Positions 24,274 through 37,383 of a stretch of DNA of 64,000 bases are shown in pieces. Every line of letters begins with the position of its first letter. The first letter of the stretch is position 1. Made by a program: the position numbers and the translations under genes. The notes beneath the pieces were generated by a model. It was not told where the DNA came from, did not search any database, and saw only the letters and a list, made by a program, of their open reading frames with translations. Source of the stretch: Octopus vulgaris (Eukaryota); assembly GCA_951406725.2 (NCBI GenBank), contig OX597815.1:214582001-214646000 (forward strand). Reading direction: 5' to 3'.

Positions 24274-24467
24274 TTGTTGTTGTTAAGCAACAAGACATGT
24301 AAGGGTGATGGTCTAGGGCTTAGGGGCAGGAGACCCCAGACCTTGGAAGAAGAAAAAAAAACTTTTATCGTCCTGTTGTAGTCGAGGGCTCTTCGTTGAT
24401 GCCCAACACCACTAGCAGGTGGCCCTCGAAGTCGTTGGAAATGGAAATCTCCAGGTCCAAATTCTTG
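24274..24467 (-). mobile_element. 5'-truncated non-LTR insertion with (CAA)n tail and 17-bp TSD, inside an RTE 3' UTR
   Basis: AACGTCTGCCTTCCATG 24257-24273 versus AACGGCTGCCTTCCATG 24468-24484; (TTG)n at left end. Confidence 0.8.
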
Positions 24468-25261
24468 AACGGCTGCCTTCCATGCTGGCATGGGTGGAAT
24501 GGTTTGACCGGAGCTGGCCAGGCAGGAGCCTGCACCAGACTTTTGTGTCTGTTTTGGCAGGGTTTTTACAGCTGGATGCCCTTCCTAACACCAACACCCA
24601 GCAGAGTTGACTGAGTGCTTATTACACAACAAAAGCACAAGCAAGGTCAGTCTGACATGGTTTTTACAACTGGACGCCCTTCCACATGTCAACCACTTTA
24701 CAGTGTGGACTGGAGGCTTCTTAAGTGGCACCAGCACCAGCAGGGTCACCAAGTAACTTGCAAGACAAGTCACTCGGTGACCCTGCCAGAAAATCCAAAG
24801 ACACAGTCTTCAGCTTCTTTTCAAGACTACTACTAACTAATAAACAGAAATTTGTTCCTTTTTATTTGAGCTAATTCAGTCTATTAGACACTGCATGAAG
24901 ACAGCAACATTGCCAGACATTATTGTTGTTGCTGTTGTTGTTTTGGTTGCAGTTGTTGATTTTGATGCTGTTGCTATAGATATTGCCTTATTTATTATTG
25001 CTGATCTTTCTACTATTATTTATTTTATTGTTGTTGTTCTTTTTTTGTCTTTTTCTTTTTCTTATTACCTTACAACCCATAAAACTAGACGCTATTTTCT
25101 AATTGTAAAATTCTTTTATGTAATTATTGATTGATTTTTGTCTCTGAAACCATGGAGAGTATTTCATTACTTATTTATTTTTTTTTTTGTTTTTTTTCAT
25201 CTATGTGTGTGTAATTTTTTTATATCTTTTCCTCTTTTTTTCTATTCCATTTATATTCCTG

Positions 25262-25279
25262 CATATATCTATATGCGTG

Positions 25280-25350
<71 letters not shown>

Positions 25351-25365
25351 ATATATATATGTGTG

Positions 25366-25396
<31 letters not shown>

Positions 25397-25401
25397 ATAT
25401 A

Positions 25402-25432
<31 letters not shown>

Positions 25433-25570
25433 TTGTATATACATATATATATATATGTGTGTGTACATATACATATATATATGTGTGTGTGTATATATAT
25501 ATATGTATATATACATATACATATATATATGTGTGTATATATATGTATATATATGTGTGTGTATATATAC

Positions 25571-25617
<47 letters not shown>

Positions 25618-25733
25618 GTGTGTGTACATATACATATATATATGTGTGTGTGTATATATATATATGTATATATACATATACATATATATATGTGTGTGTA
25701 TATATATGTATATATATGTGTGTGTATATATAC

Positions 25734-25774
<41 letters not shown>

Positions 25775-25845
25775 TATATTTATTTACTTATGTATGCATA
25801 TATATGTGTGTATGTATGTGTGTGTTTTTGTGCGTATGTGTGTGT
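25262..25845. repeat. Long compound (TA)n/(TG)n microsatellite
   Basis: Directly visible; source of several spurious ORFs. Confidence 0.95.
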
Positions 25846-26500
25846 TTGCGCCTGCACTCAAGTACATAGTGACATAGACACACACTCCTGTTTACACCAG
25901 ATAGACATGTCCATTCATAGACACATACCTATGCATAATAAACTTACTCTCATCTTAACCTGATTTACTCAATCAATTTATGAATTAATCTATTGTGTTT
26001 GAAAATGTGGAGAATTTCATATTGTCTTTGCTTTGTTTGTTTTTTTTTCTCATATGTTTATTTTTATCCATCACCCTCTTTTCTCCTCCCTATCTCTTTC
26101 TCGCCTTAATTCCTTGCTGGTTGACTTCTATATTTCCTTGTTATTTTTACATTAGCAGCCTTTTCAGACACTCAAAAGATAAATAAAACAAAACAAAAAT
26201 GAAGTGTTATATACACATTCACATACACATGCACAAACATCACACACACATCAAACACACTCACACAATGATTTTGTCTAGCAATATGCATATATATATA
26301 AAATATGTATGTATGTAAGAAAGAAGTGAGAAAAATGGACATTTATCAAAGAAAACAATGAGTAGATTTTATTTAACATATGAATATTCTAATTTAATAT
26401 AAAATATTTTATTTATTTTTCAAAAGTTAATCTCCAAACCTGCAATATGTTTTCTTCTTTATCATCAGTATAATCATCAAAAGAAATAAATTTCAAATTC

Positions 26501-26537
<37 letters not shown>

Positions 26538-26558
26538 ATTATTATTATTATTATTATT

Positions 26559-26643
26559 GAGTGAGAGAGCAGTTCATGCCATCAAAGTGACACTAAAATA
26601 TACGAAGCCCAATATACCCATCATGACTACCCGTCTGATAAAG
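26559..26643 (-). mobile_element. Short retroposon 3'-end fragment inserted in an (ATT)n tract
   Basis: 85-bp unique block flanked on both sides by (ATT)n. Confidence 0.45.
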
Positions 26644-26656
26644 TATTAATATTATT

Positions 26657-26691
<35 letters not shown>

Positions 26692-26983
26692 TGTACTTAT
26701 TTTATCAACCCCAAAAGGATGAAAGGTAAAATCAAACCTCCTGTTCAAGTGGTACTTATTTCCATGGAGGAAATGCTATCTTGCTTGGAGACAAGGGATG
26801 GCAACAAAAAGGCATCTGGCCATAAGAAATCTGTCTCTAAAAACTCAGTCTAACTTATGCAAATGTGGACAACTTGATATTAAAATGATGTCGATGATGA
26901 GCCATTGATTGATCTATTGGAAGTCTTTTTTGAGAATAACTATCCAACAATTGTAAATGATTACAATAATGTTTATATTGTAA

Positions 26984-27372
26984 GGCAGAAATGTTAGCAC
27001 ACCAGGCAAAATGCTGAGCGGTATTTCGTCTGCCACTACGTTCTGAGTTCAAATTCCACCGAGGTCGACTTGGCCTTTCGTCCTTTCAGGGTCGATTAAA
27101 TAAGTACCAGTTATGCACTGGGGTCAATATAATCGACTTAATCTATCTGTCTGTCCTTGTTTGTCTCCTCTGTGTTTAGCCCTTTGTGGGTAGTAAAGAA
27201 ATGGGTATTTTGTCTGTCATTACGTTTTGAGTTCAAATTTCGTCGAGGTCAACTTTGACTTTCATCCTTTTGAGGTCTATAAATTGAGTACCAGTTGTGT
27301 ACTGAGGTCAATCTAACTGACTGGCCCCCTCCCGCAAACATTTCAGGCCTTGTGCTTAGAGTAGAAAAGAAT
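26984..27372 (+). mobile_element. Two tandem SINE family B units
   Basis: B box plus CTTTCATCCTTT domain present twice (about 26984-27200 and 27203-27372) with different tails. Confidence 0.8.
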
Positions 27373-28042
27373 AATGTATATCTGTAAATGAATATCTGTA
27401 AAAAATTTGTTTTAAAATATCATAAATACATGCAATGAAATATATAAATATATAAATATATAAATATATAAAATATATATGCAATGAAACAATGATTTCA
27501 AATTTTAACTCACAAACAGCAGTTACCCCGGAGGAGACATGTTGCTTGCATCAACTTCATTGTTCAAGTGGTACTTATTTTATCAACCCTGAAAGGATGA
27601 AAGGCAAAGTTGACCTTGACAGAATTTGTACGCAATGAAACAATAATAATTTCATTTATTTCTTTAATAATAATGATTTCAAATGAAACAATAATAAGAA
27701 TACATATGCAATAAAGTAAAAGACAAAAATATGCAGCAGGTTTTATTGTGTTTTCAGAGCAAAACAATAGTTATTGAATCATTTAGGAATGTTAACTTTG
27801 TGAGTGATGAACCACATAAGTACTCTGCCATTGGTGGCTCATCGACATTTTACAAGTAGCCCAAGTGATAGAGGGAGATGAGAATGCATCAGAATGTTGG
27901 CTGTTTGTTGTGAGTTAAGGCTTAGCTTTCATTTGGAAGGCCTTCTTTTGATGAAGTCCTTTGGAGAATGCATTTGATGAAGTCATCCAGCTGCATTATT
28001 CCAGATATGTGCTGACTCTTATATATATTTTATCTTCTGTCT

Positions 28043-28432
28043 TCTACTTGTTTTCCGTCTTTGGACTGTGGCCATGCTGGGGCACCTCCTTGAAGAAATT
28101 TTTAGTCAAATGAATCAACACCAGTACTTACTTTTTTTAAACTTTGTACTTATTTTTATTGGTCTCTTTTGCTAAACTGCTAAGTTATGATGGCATAAAC
28201 ACCCCAATAGCCGTAGTCAAGCAGTGATCACACACACATATGTATATATGTATGTATATGTATGTATGTATGTATGTATGTATATATGTATATACATGAC
28301 AGGCTTCTTTCAGTTTCCCTTCCACTCCCAAGGCATTGATTGGCCTAGTACTTAGTAGAAAACACTTGCTCAAGGTGTCGTGCAGTAAGACTGACCCCCA
28401 AACCACATGGTTTGGAAGCAAACTTCTTAACC
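28043..28432 (-). mobile_element. SINE family A, diverged
   Basis: Reverse complement of the reference copy. Confidence 0.75.
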
Positions 28433-29207
28433 ATTTTTTATCATATAGAACTAAATTATCTAATGTGTTCTTCCATTTTTAGGATGGTAAGATGTACCTG
28501 AAAGAGATTTAGTTGTTATTTTTAACAGTCTGAGAGACTGCATACCGAATGGTGAAAGAGTTAGTCCTTATCACAGTGACCACGATTGCTTTTGTTGTTT
28601 TGATTTTAAGACCATTCTTTACTTTGTTGTGTTTCTTCATGACTTCACGAGTGTTGTTGTCCCAAAAGAAACACCCATTAGACAATATCAAGTGATTGAC
28701 ATTAGGAAGGGCATCCAGCCATAGAAACCATACCAAAGCTAATATTGGAGTACGACATAGTTCTGCACCTCATGCAATCCTGTCAGCCCATGTAAGCAAA
28801 AAAACAGACATTAATGATGATGGTGGTGGTGGTGGTGGCGGCGACGGTAGAAAATGAGTTGCAGTGTTTTAGCAATTTCAGTTTTTGTTTTTTGTTATAT
28901 ATAATTTTACATTACTTTTCTTTTATATGCTTTCATATTTTTTTTTCTATTTCCATATTAGACACTTTTTTTCTTTATTCCAACATGTAATCTGAAACAT
29001 GAGAAAATCTGATATCTCAACAAGCATATTGATTCGATATTCTTCCCAAATGGACAAATTCATTTACTGATTGTTTTCATTGCATGTTAACATGTAGTTC
29101 TATCTTGGCAATTGTGTCTTTGAATTACATGCAATTTGGTTTGCCTTTGAATCTTCATAGATTCTTTGTTAAAAAAAAACAACAGATAATTGAAACCTTT
29201 TGACAAA

Positions 29208-29420
29208 ATAATATTAATGATGATAATAATAATAATAATGATGATGATAATAATAATAATATTAATGATGATAATAATAATAATAATAATGATGATAATA
29301 ATAATAATATTAATGATGATAATAATAATAATATTAATGATGATAATAATAATAATATTAATGATGATAATAATAATAATATTAATGATGATGATACTAA
29401 TAATGATGATGATGATACTA
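29208..29420. repeat. (ATA)n/(ATG)n compound microsatellite with about 24-nt higher-order unit
   Basis: ATAATAATAATAATATTAATGATG repeated. Confidence 0.9.
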
Positions 29421-30418
29421 ATTAAAAGAACTGATGTCTGAGATGTACTGCTACTGCTAAGTTAATGACTTTTGATATTGGCTCAAGGCCATTGGCTTGT
29501 TATGTGGATTCCAATATGTCACTGGAACTTATTTTATCAATGGATACAGGCATGGTTGTATGGTTAGAAAGTTTGGTTTGCAATCAAGTGGTTTCAGGTT
29601 CAATCTCACTATGCAGGCACTCCAGGCAAGTGTCTTCTACCATATCCTAAGTAATGAAACTTAGTAGGCAACAGCTGTGTGTGTGTGTGTGTGTGTGTGT
29701 ACACATGCAAACAAACTGTAAAGAGACCAGTGTTGGTGTGCATCAACAAAACCTGTACTATTTAGTGAAATTGACAAAAGGAGTTCTGTGTATTGGCTGT
29801 AAGGAGTGGAAAATCCAAGGCTTTGGACAGTCCTGCATCAAGAAAAAGTTGATGGGAGAGAAATAAAGAGGGACAGCAGGACTTTTTCAGCCCCTCTATG
29901 TTGCCAGTTTTTATCTAACTTAAGAGGATATAGACCTCTGTTGTCTTTAACTTCTTTACTGCCAACTTTTCCTTAAAGAAGGACTCTTTTCAAAACTTTA
30001 GATTTTCCACTAAACACAATAAGTTCCCTGTACTCAATGTTGATTTTATTATCTATATATATATATATATATATATAACTGATAAACAACTGATAAAACC
30101 AGTGCTTTTGAAAAGTTATACTTTGCATTAATTGATGTTTTTTTTTTGTACTATTTTAATATTCTGTATTATTACTAAGGCAGTGGAATTGAAGAGATCC
30201 TTCATTGCCAGATTGAATGCTTTACACTTTGTCCCAGCCCTCTATGTTCTCATTGAAAACTGTACTAGGGCTGACTTTTCCTATGGCCAAAGTCAACAAA
30301 ATAGCTTACAGTTATGCTTTAAGTTCATTTTCCATGCTGATATGAACTGGAGTGCTCACCATGTTCCAGGTTAATTTTTAATTCAGAATTATTGCCTTTC
30401 AAGATGGATTTGAAGACC

Positions 30419-30456
<38 letters not shown>

Positions 30457-30940
30457 CTCACTCTCTCTCTCTCTCTCTCTCTCACACAGACACACACATT
30501 CTATTATTTAGCATAGTCTCTACAGTCAGATGCCCTTTCAAACACAGATCACTTTACAAAGTGCATTTTATCATGGCACCAACATAAAAGAAGTCGCCAT
30601 GCCACCAGTCAACCTAAAGAGTCCTCTTGGCTCTGTTGTCCCCATCCACATGCCAATGATTTTGCAGAGTATTTTGGGTGCATTTTATTGTACTTTGAGG
30701 TTGATTTGAACTCAGGTTCCATCCCTTCAAATTTATGGTCTTCTTTCAGTTATAAACTAATTTTATTGCATGTGTGATGTGATGTGTGTGTGTGTTATAG
30801 GGGGGGGGGAGGTTCATGTAGTGTGTGTATATGTAGTTTTAGCACAAAACTAAATAAAGGTGTGTGTGTGTCAAACTAATACACCTACTTGTTGTTCCCA
30901 CACCTGTTCTATGTCTTTTGTTTTCTGTATATGTGAACTG

Positions 30941-30975
<35 letters not shown>

Positions 30976-31087
30976 GTGTCTGTGTGTGTATCTGTGTGTG
31001 TGTCTGTGTGTTTAACTTCCCTGCACATCTCCTCCTAGCCAACAAATCGTAGAACCACCAAAAATGGGTCACTTAAAGTTTAGGTGA

Positions 31088-31445
31088 ATGAAAATTGAAC
31101 TGCGCTATTTCTGTTCCGAAATTCATCTCGCAAAATTGCACCAAAAGAAGATCATGGTGACTGTTTGGTGGTCTGTGGCCGGTCCCATCCATCACAGCTT
31201 TTTGGATCCAGCCAAAACCATTACAGCAGAGAAGTACTGTCAGCAATTGGATGAAATGCATAAGAAACTCCAACAACAACAGTCAGCATTGGTCAATAGA
31301 AAAGGACAAATTCTTCTCCACAGCAACACTTGGCTGCACGTCACACAATTGACCCTGCAGAAGTTGAATGAATTGGGCTACAAAACTCTGCCTCATCTGC
31401 CAAAAAGTAGACCTCTGGCCTACCGACTACCACTTTTTCAAGCAA
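31088..31445 (+). pseudogene. Mariner transposase catalytic-domain fragment
   Basis: KLHQKKIMVTVWWS...TITAEKYCQQL...ILLHSNTWLH (decayed HDNARPH)...DLWPTDYHFFK (decayed SPDLAPSDY), with a frameshift. Confidence 0.9.
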
Positions 31446-31953
31446 AACATCTCTTTCAAGTGGTTGGAAATTGTTGTATACGTTATGTCTAATTCAGAAG
31501 CAAGCTTCCAAACAGTTGTGCATGGATTGGCTTTGACTAAGGCTCTTAGTTGATCGTTCTCAACATCTGATGGCCGACCAATATGCTTATCATCTTCAAG
31601 ACTCTTGTCACCGCTATGAAATTTCTTGAACCACCTTTGTGCTGTATGTTCATTAGTGGTTCCTGGGTCAAATGCATCATTGATATCACTAGCTGTTTCA
31701 GCAGCTTTTTGGCCCAGCTTGAACTGGAGTAAGAAAATTGTGTGAATTTGCTTTTTGTCCATGTTGTATTCAACGTTCCAGAAAAAATGGCCTATATATT
31801 TAAAAAGAAAAAGAGTAACAAAATTAGATAGAGCAAACAACGGACTTTAAAATGATATATAAAATCAAAATAATTTAATGAAAATTAATTTGAAAATGTC
31901 TAATTTAAAACCAAAATTAAAAATTCCGCAAGAACATTCTTGACAACGTAATA
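31446..31953 (-). pseudogene. Mariner 5' end: TIR plus N-terminal HTH region of the transposase
   Basis: MDKKQIHTIFLLQFKLGQKAAETASDINDAF...TAQRWFKKF...GRPS...TISNHLKEM; minus-strand end TA-TTACGTTGTCAAGAATGTTCTTGCGG resembles the Hsmar1-type TIR. Confidence 0.9.
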
Positions 31954-34296
31954 GAAGAAATTTGCTCATGGTGCCATACAGTGGGACTGAACCCCCGAAA
32001 CTATGTAGTCGCAGAACAAACTTCTTAACCATACACCCATACCCACATTTATTTTCATATGCATAAAAATTTATTTTACTGTTCAAAATTATATTTTTTC
32101 AATCTGTGTCTGTTTCACACTAACGAATGCAAGAAGCTTGAGTGATCAGACAACAATTAACAAACAATAATTTCAAAAACATAAATAAAATTTCATTATA
32201 AGAATATATACTCTTGTCTGATTATAGTGGAGAAGGCCATCATTCATTAGCACATATACACACCTATATTCAAAAAAAGGGTGAAAGAGTGCACATATGA
32301 TATAAGTAAAAGTTTAGCAGATTTTGTCTTATAATTGTAAGTTCTTTCATATGTGTGAGACAATTTTCAGACAGTTTCGAAGATCTTAATAGAAGTATGA
32401 ATGTCTTCATTCTTAAAAATTGCTACGCACCTTGTAAGGTGGGAAAAATGATTAGACTCACTTATTTGGTGTCTATCAGAATTCTTTTTCTTTTTTTTTT
32501 TTTCATTATTGTTAATATATATTTTAGTTGGTGAACAGGTTTCCCTCTCGCCAATCACAAGTTACTACCTTTCTAAAGATGACTGTGACATGGGAGCACA
32601 ACCATTTTCCCTCTTTGTCTCTGAAATATACATATGTCCTTTGCCAATATATATATCGGTAAAAAGTACAAAAATACAAGCATACAAACACTCACACACA
32701 TCTTTTGATAAAATTATTTAAAACTTTTCTGAAAACCAGGTTTCATACTAATTACAAAATAGTATTTGATCGGCTAGAATTCAAATCAAAAATGACCGTC
32801 TACTATTGCAGTTGAACTCTAATTGAATAAGTGTTTATTACTGTCAGCATGAAACCTTGGGTTCTGGGAATGTAACAAAAATTCTGTTAAATTCTGTTAA
32901 CCACCTTCCAAGTGTTGAGTACGTGTTTATTTTCTTCTCACAATGTTCTTTCTTATGTTATGTTTAGTATTTTTGGATATTTCTGAAAATTCAAAGTTAG
33001 ATTATATTTTTTAACGAATTTTAAAGGTGTCCTAACCAATCTGATTCTTTGTGATTTTAATTCAATTTCCATTTCCTTCCCTGTTCCTTATTACCATCAA
33101 TCTCTCAAAACTTCCAATGATCACCACTGGATACAAAACCCATTGCACTTAATGTTCCTACTAAGTAGAAAAATGTGTTTTACACAAGCTGAGAGCAACC
33201 ATTATGTGGTTGCTCCCAGCTTGCACTGGCATTGACCATGCTCGGATGGTGCTTTTTACATGCCACCAGCATGGGTGCCAATCAGGTAGTACTGTCATCG
33301 GCCACCTCAATGGCCTCAACTTGCCTCAACAGGTCTTTGTAAGCGCAGTTTATTGCCCAATGATTGAAGGGTACTCTTAAATGGGCTGGTTATGCTGCAA
33401 CTGGCATAGGCCATGGTTATGATCTCACTTGGCTTGCTGGGTCTTCTCAAGCACAGGAGAGAATATATATGTATATGTGAACATATGTATGTATACATAT
33501 ATCTGTTTATACATACATGCATGTACATATATATATATATATATATATACATACATATATATAAAACACTGTTTTTAATTGGATTACTCTATACAAATCT
33601 TTGTTCCCTATAATGACCTGCCCCTAGGTTTTTAATAGCTAGAGATGCTGGTGTCAAATAGTGTTAAATGTCTTGCCCAAGGACACAGCAGAACACCTGT
33701 GTGTGTGTCGCAGGTGGGAGGTTAGATGAGTTCATGACCGATAAGGCAATAGGTCAAATACCATCAAACCTCCTATTTCATTTAGTCATTGTGGCTCCAT
33801 TCATCTCTTGAAAATCTTACTCTTTAAAGTCTATTCGCTTCATACTCTTAGTTAATCTTCACTTTTAAACTAGTTTTAGCTTATTTGGCAATAAACTGCT
33901 TAATCCTCGCCTTTATCCCTTTGTCTCTCTGTCTCCTCCCCTCCTTCTGTGTGTGTGTGTGTGTGTATGCTTGCATGTTTATAAATATATATGGATTTTC
34001 ATATGTACACCTATACACACAGAGAAAGAATAAAAATCATATTCAATTATAAAGCAACCATTTTATTCTGCACATTCAAAACTTTATACACTGTATTAAC
34101 CTTATATACAAAACCTTATATACTGTATTAAACAACTTAGTATATTTGTATTGCATTTAACTAATACTTAAAGAAACCTGTCTAAAAAAGAGCATTTCCA
34201 CCAATCTGGTCAATTATGGCTTTTTAACTACAAAACAGTTGCAGATATTCTTCAGTTAGTTTCACATTTTCTTTACCAGTTTTATATGTTTTTATT

Positions 34297-34612
34297 TACT
34301 CTTTTACTTGTTTCAGTCATTTGACTGCGACCATACTGGAGCACTGCCTTTAGTCGAACATAACAACCCCAGGACTTATTCTTTGTAAACCTAGTACTTA
34401 TTCTCTCGGTCTCTTTTGCCAAACCGCTAAGGTATGGGGGACATAAACACACCTGCACACACACACACACACATATATATGCCAGGCTTCTTTCAGTTTC
34501 TGTCTACCAAATCCACTCAAGGCTTTGGTCGGCCCGAGGCTATAGTAGAAGACACTTGCCCAAGATGTCACGTGGCTGGTAATCAAGCTACTTACCACAC
34601 AGCCACTCCTGC
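34297..34612 (-). mobile_element. SINE family A with deletions
   Basis: Reverse complement of the reference copy. Confidence 0.8.
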
Positions 34613-34999
34613 TCAAAATTCCAAGATGAGTGTTCCTAAAATAGCTTTATCATCATCATCATCACCATCATTTAATGTCTGTTTTCCATGGTTTGGACAA
34701 GTTCACAGAAGCTGGCAAGCTGGAAGGTTGCACCAGGCTCCAGTTGTCTGTTTTGGCATGGTTTCCACAGCTGGGTGCCGTTCCTAGCACCAGTTCTATA
34801 TATATTATAATCTTGTCTTTCCCTTGAATAACACCGGTGGCATGGAGAGGCAAGGCTGATATGCATGGGAGACTGCTGGTCTTCCACAAACAACCTTGCC
34901 TCAGAGGGTAACTTTTTAGGTGCAATCCCATGATCATTCATGATCGAAGCAGATCTTTACCTATTTATCTACAATCTACAAGTTTTTTTTCATTCTCTC

Positions 35000-35147
35000 T
35001 CTGTTTGTTGTCTCTTATTCCTTTCTGTTAAAGAGCATAGGCTCGAAATATAAAAGACTTTTTTTCTATTTTCCCAAGTGTCAAACTAATACACTTGCTT
35101 GTTCATACACCTGTCTTCATCTTTTGTTTTTCTATAAATTTCAACTT
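35000..35147 (+). mobile_element. Penelope-like short element with decayed hammerhead core
   Basis: TTCTGTTAA-A-GAGC-ATAG-GCTC-GAAA-TAT; tail TGTCAAACTAATACAC shared with about 30868-30940. Confidence 0.55.
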
Positions 35148-36224
35148 TACTTATTAATGTAGGTCATGGCAGGATTTGAACTCACAACACTAGGAGCCAC
35201 AACAAATGCTGCAAGGCATCAGATCTGCTTTTCTTAACAGTTCCTCTAATCTACTGCTTTGATTGAATACTTTTTTATTGATCTGGAAAGATGAAAGGCA
35301 AAGTTAACCTTAATAGAATTTGAACTCAAAGCACAAAGAATCAAACCAAATCCTGTGAAACATCCCAAATTGATATTCATCATTGCCCATGCCTCCACCA
35401 CCCATGTGCCCCATTCACTGTGTCTACCTTTATCCCTATGACTAACCATCTATCACCCTCCTTTCACTCTCTCATGAAATTACCTACTTACCATTTTTAT
35501 TCCTATTTTCTCTTTTATGTTCATCTTGGGGTTATGCCTTTGCCATCTCTCTCTCCCTTTTCTTTCCAACTTGAAAAGCCATGTATCTCCTATTCAGCAA
35601 GACATCTGTTCCTGTCCCTTTATTGTACATTAACCTCTTGACACTTGTCACAACCCTCCCTCCCTTCAACTCCCTAAATATTACGCCCTTAGTCAGTTGA
35701 GGGGCCTTGTTTTCTGAGTTACTTAGTGACCTCACTAGTGCTGGTGCCATGAAAAAAAGAAAAGCATCAGTAAACTCTCTAAAGTGGTTGCTGTTAGAAA
35801 GAACATCCAGCTATAGAAACTATTCCAAAGTAGACATTGGAGTTTGTCCCAATCCTCTGGTTTCTTGGTCCCTATCAAACTGTTCAACCCATGCCAGAAT
35901 GGAAGATGAATGTTAAACAATTGTGATGATAATCTCTTTCAATTTGCAGTAACTTACATTACTGTCTTTACATCAATCCTTCCTGAGTGGATAGACTATA
36001 TATCAAGTGTTGTTGTTTATAACTCTAGGTTGAGTCTGACTGAGCAAACCTTAAATTTACTCCCAATTTTATCAATCTTTTCCAAATATGTATATACATT
36101 TTTTTCACATTTTTTCACATGCAGAGGACTGGATTCATTCAGATCTTATCAAGTCAAAACCTATAAACTATTAATGGCACCCATGCTATGCAAGTGTATC
36201 TGTATGTATATATTTGAATCTACA

Positions 36225-36690
36225 AATGAGAAGTGAAAGTCCTCCACGTATAAACAAAGAGTATTTATCCAAAGCTGATTCTTCCCTCCATTGTCAATAA
36301 AATGGGTTAAGACTACGTGCCTTCATTGGTCAGTTGAAGTTGAGACAGTGTCACATGACAACTTGCTGGGGATGCTTGCTGGAGCCTAGCAGCAGGTATT
36401 TAAAGGGAAAAAATTTGACAAGTCAGTCAGTCACCCACTGACACTTGTTGATGCTACATTGAAGAGGCCAGGGAACAGAAGAAAGAAGGAGAAAGAAGAA
36501 AGAAGGCATGCATCCAACACCAGAGCTGAAGACACCTCCGAAAGGGAGGAGGGGCATGTCAAAACGGTAGAGGAGTAGGGGCCGAAACCGGACGTGGTTC
36601 CTCCTGATGATGTCTTGAGCTAACTGGATCCTATAAAGGAGCTGTTGTGGTACCAGACCACGAAACACTGTTGTAATTCCCCCCTCATCT
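36225..36690 (+). mobile_element. Probable Penelope-like 3' end / terminal repeat with several hammerhead-like cores
   Basis: GC-richer island with (T)TGAAGA-GGCC...GGCC-GAAA, CTGAAGA and CTGATGA...GAAA; weak EVKVLH similarity upstream. Confidence 0.45.
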
Positions 36691-36789
36691 AAAAATTTAT
36701 ATCATGTGTCTATGTAAGAAATCAATTCCATTTAATTTAATGGTACATTTTTAATGAAGTGGCTTAGCTTGGCTCTTTCTAACAAGTAA

Positions 36790-36899
36790 CTCAATTCTAG
36801 GCATAGTTTCTGTTCATTCCTCAATTCTAGGCATAGTTTCTGTTCATTCCTCAATTCTAGGCATAGTTTCTGTTCATTCCTCAATTCTAGGCATAGTTT
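36790..36899. repeat. 30-bp tandem repeat, about 3.7 identical copies
   Basis: CTCAATTCTAGGCATAGTTTCTGTTCATTC repeated. Confidence 0.95.
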
Positions 36900-37383
36900 A
36901 ACATTCTCAATTAACAGTCTTACACAAAGTTTGCTTTTGGTTATGAATATTATTGAAAAAACTTGTGTTATCATGATAAATGGATGAAAATAGGAGAAGG
37001 TTCTTTACACATTTTCTTGATGTACCAGCTTCCTTGGGTTAGTTGTAATTATTTCTACTCCAAAACTGTATTTTTATAAAATTAATTTACATTATTTAAT
37101 GTGTCATTTCTTTGTTTAAAATAGTAGGGTATAATTTGTGATTTATGGTATATTTTGACTACAATATGGTCTTGTTCCAACACTAGAGATTATTGTGAGT
37201 GAGATAACTTTTGTTATTTATAAATTTTAAGGTTCTGAGTATGATATATTAGCTCTCTGCTTGGCTTAACTAAACCCCATAATTTTTTTCTCTTATACTA
37301 CATAACATTGGAAAGAAAATTTACGAAAGCTTGAAATTTCCTTTTATGATTTAATTAGAGAAAGTACAGTGGCATCCATGAGC

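Noticed and set aside
29190-29441. Hydrophobic poly-Ile/Met ORF resembling a membrane peptide
   Set aside because: Translation of an (ATA)/(ATG) microsatellite.
31427-31840. SETMAR or an active transposase gene
   Set aside because: No SET domain, truncated, halves inverted and catalytic motifs decayed.
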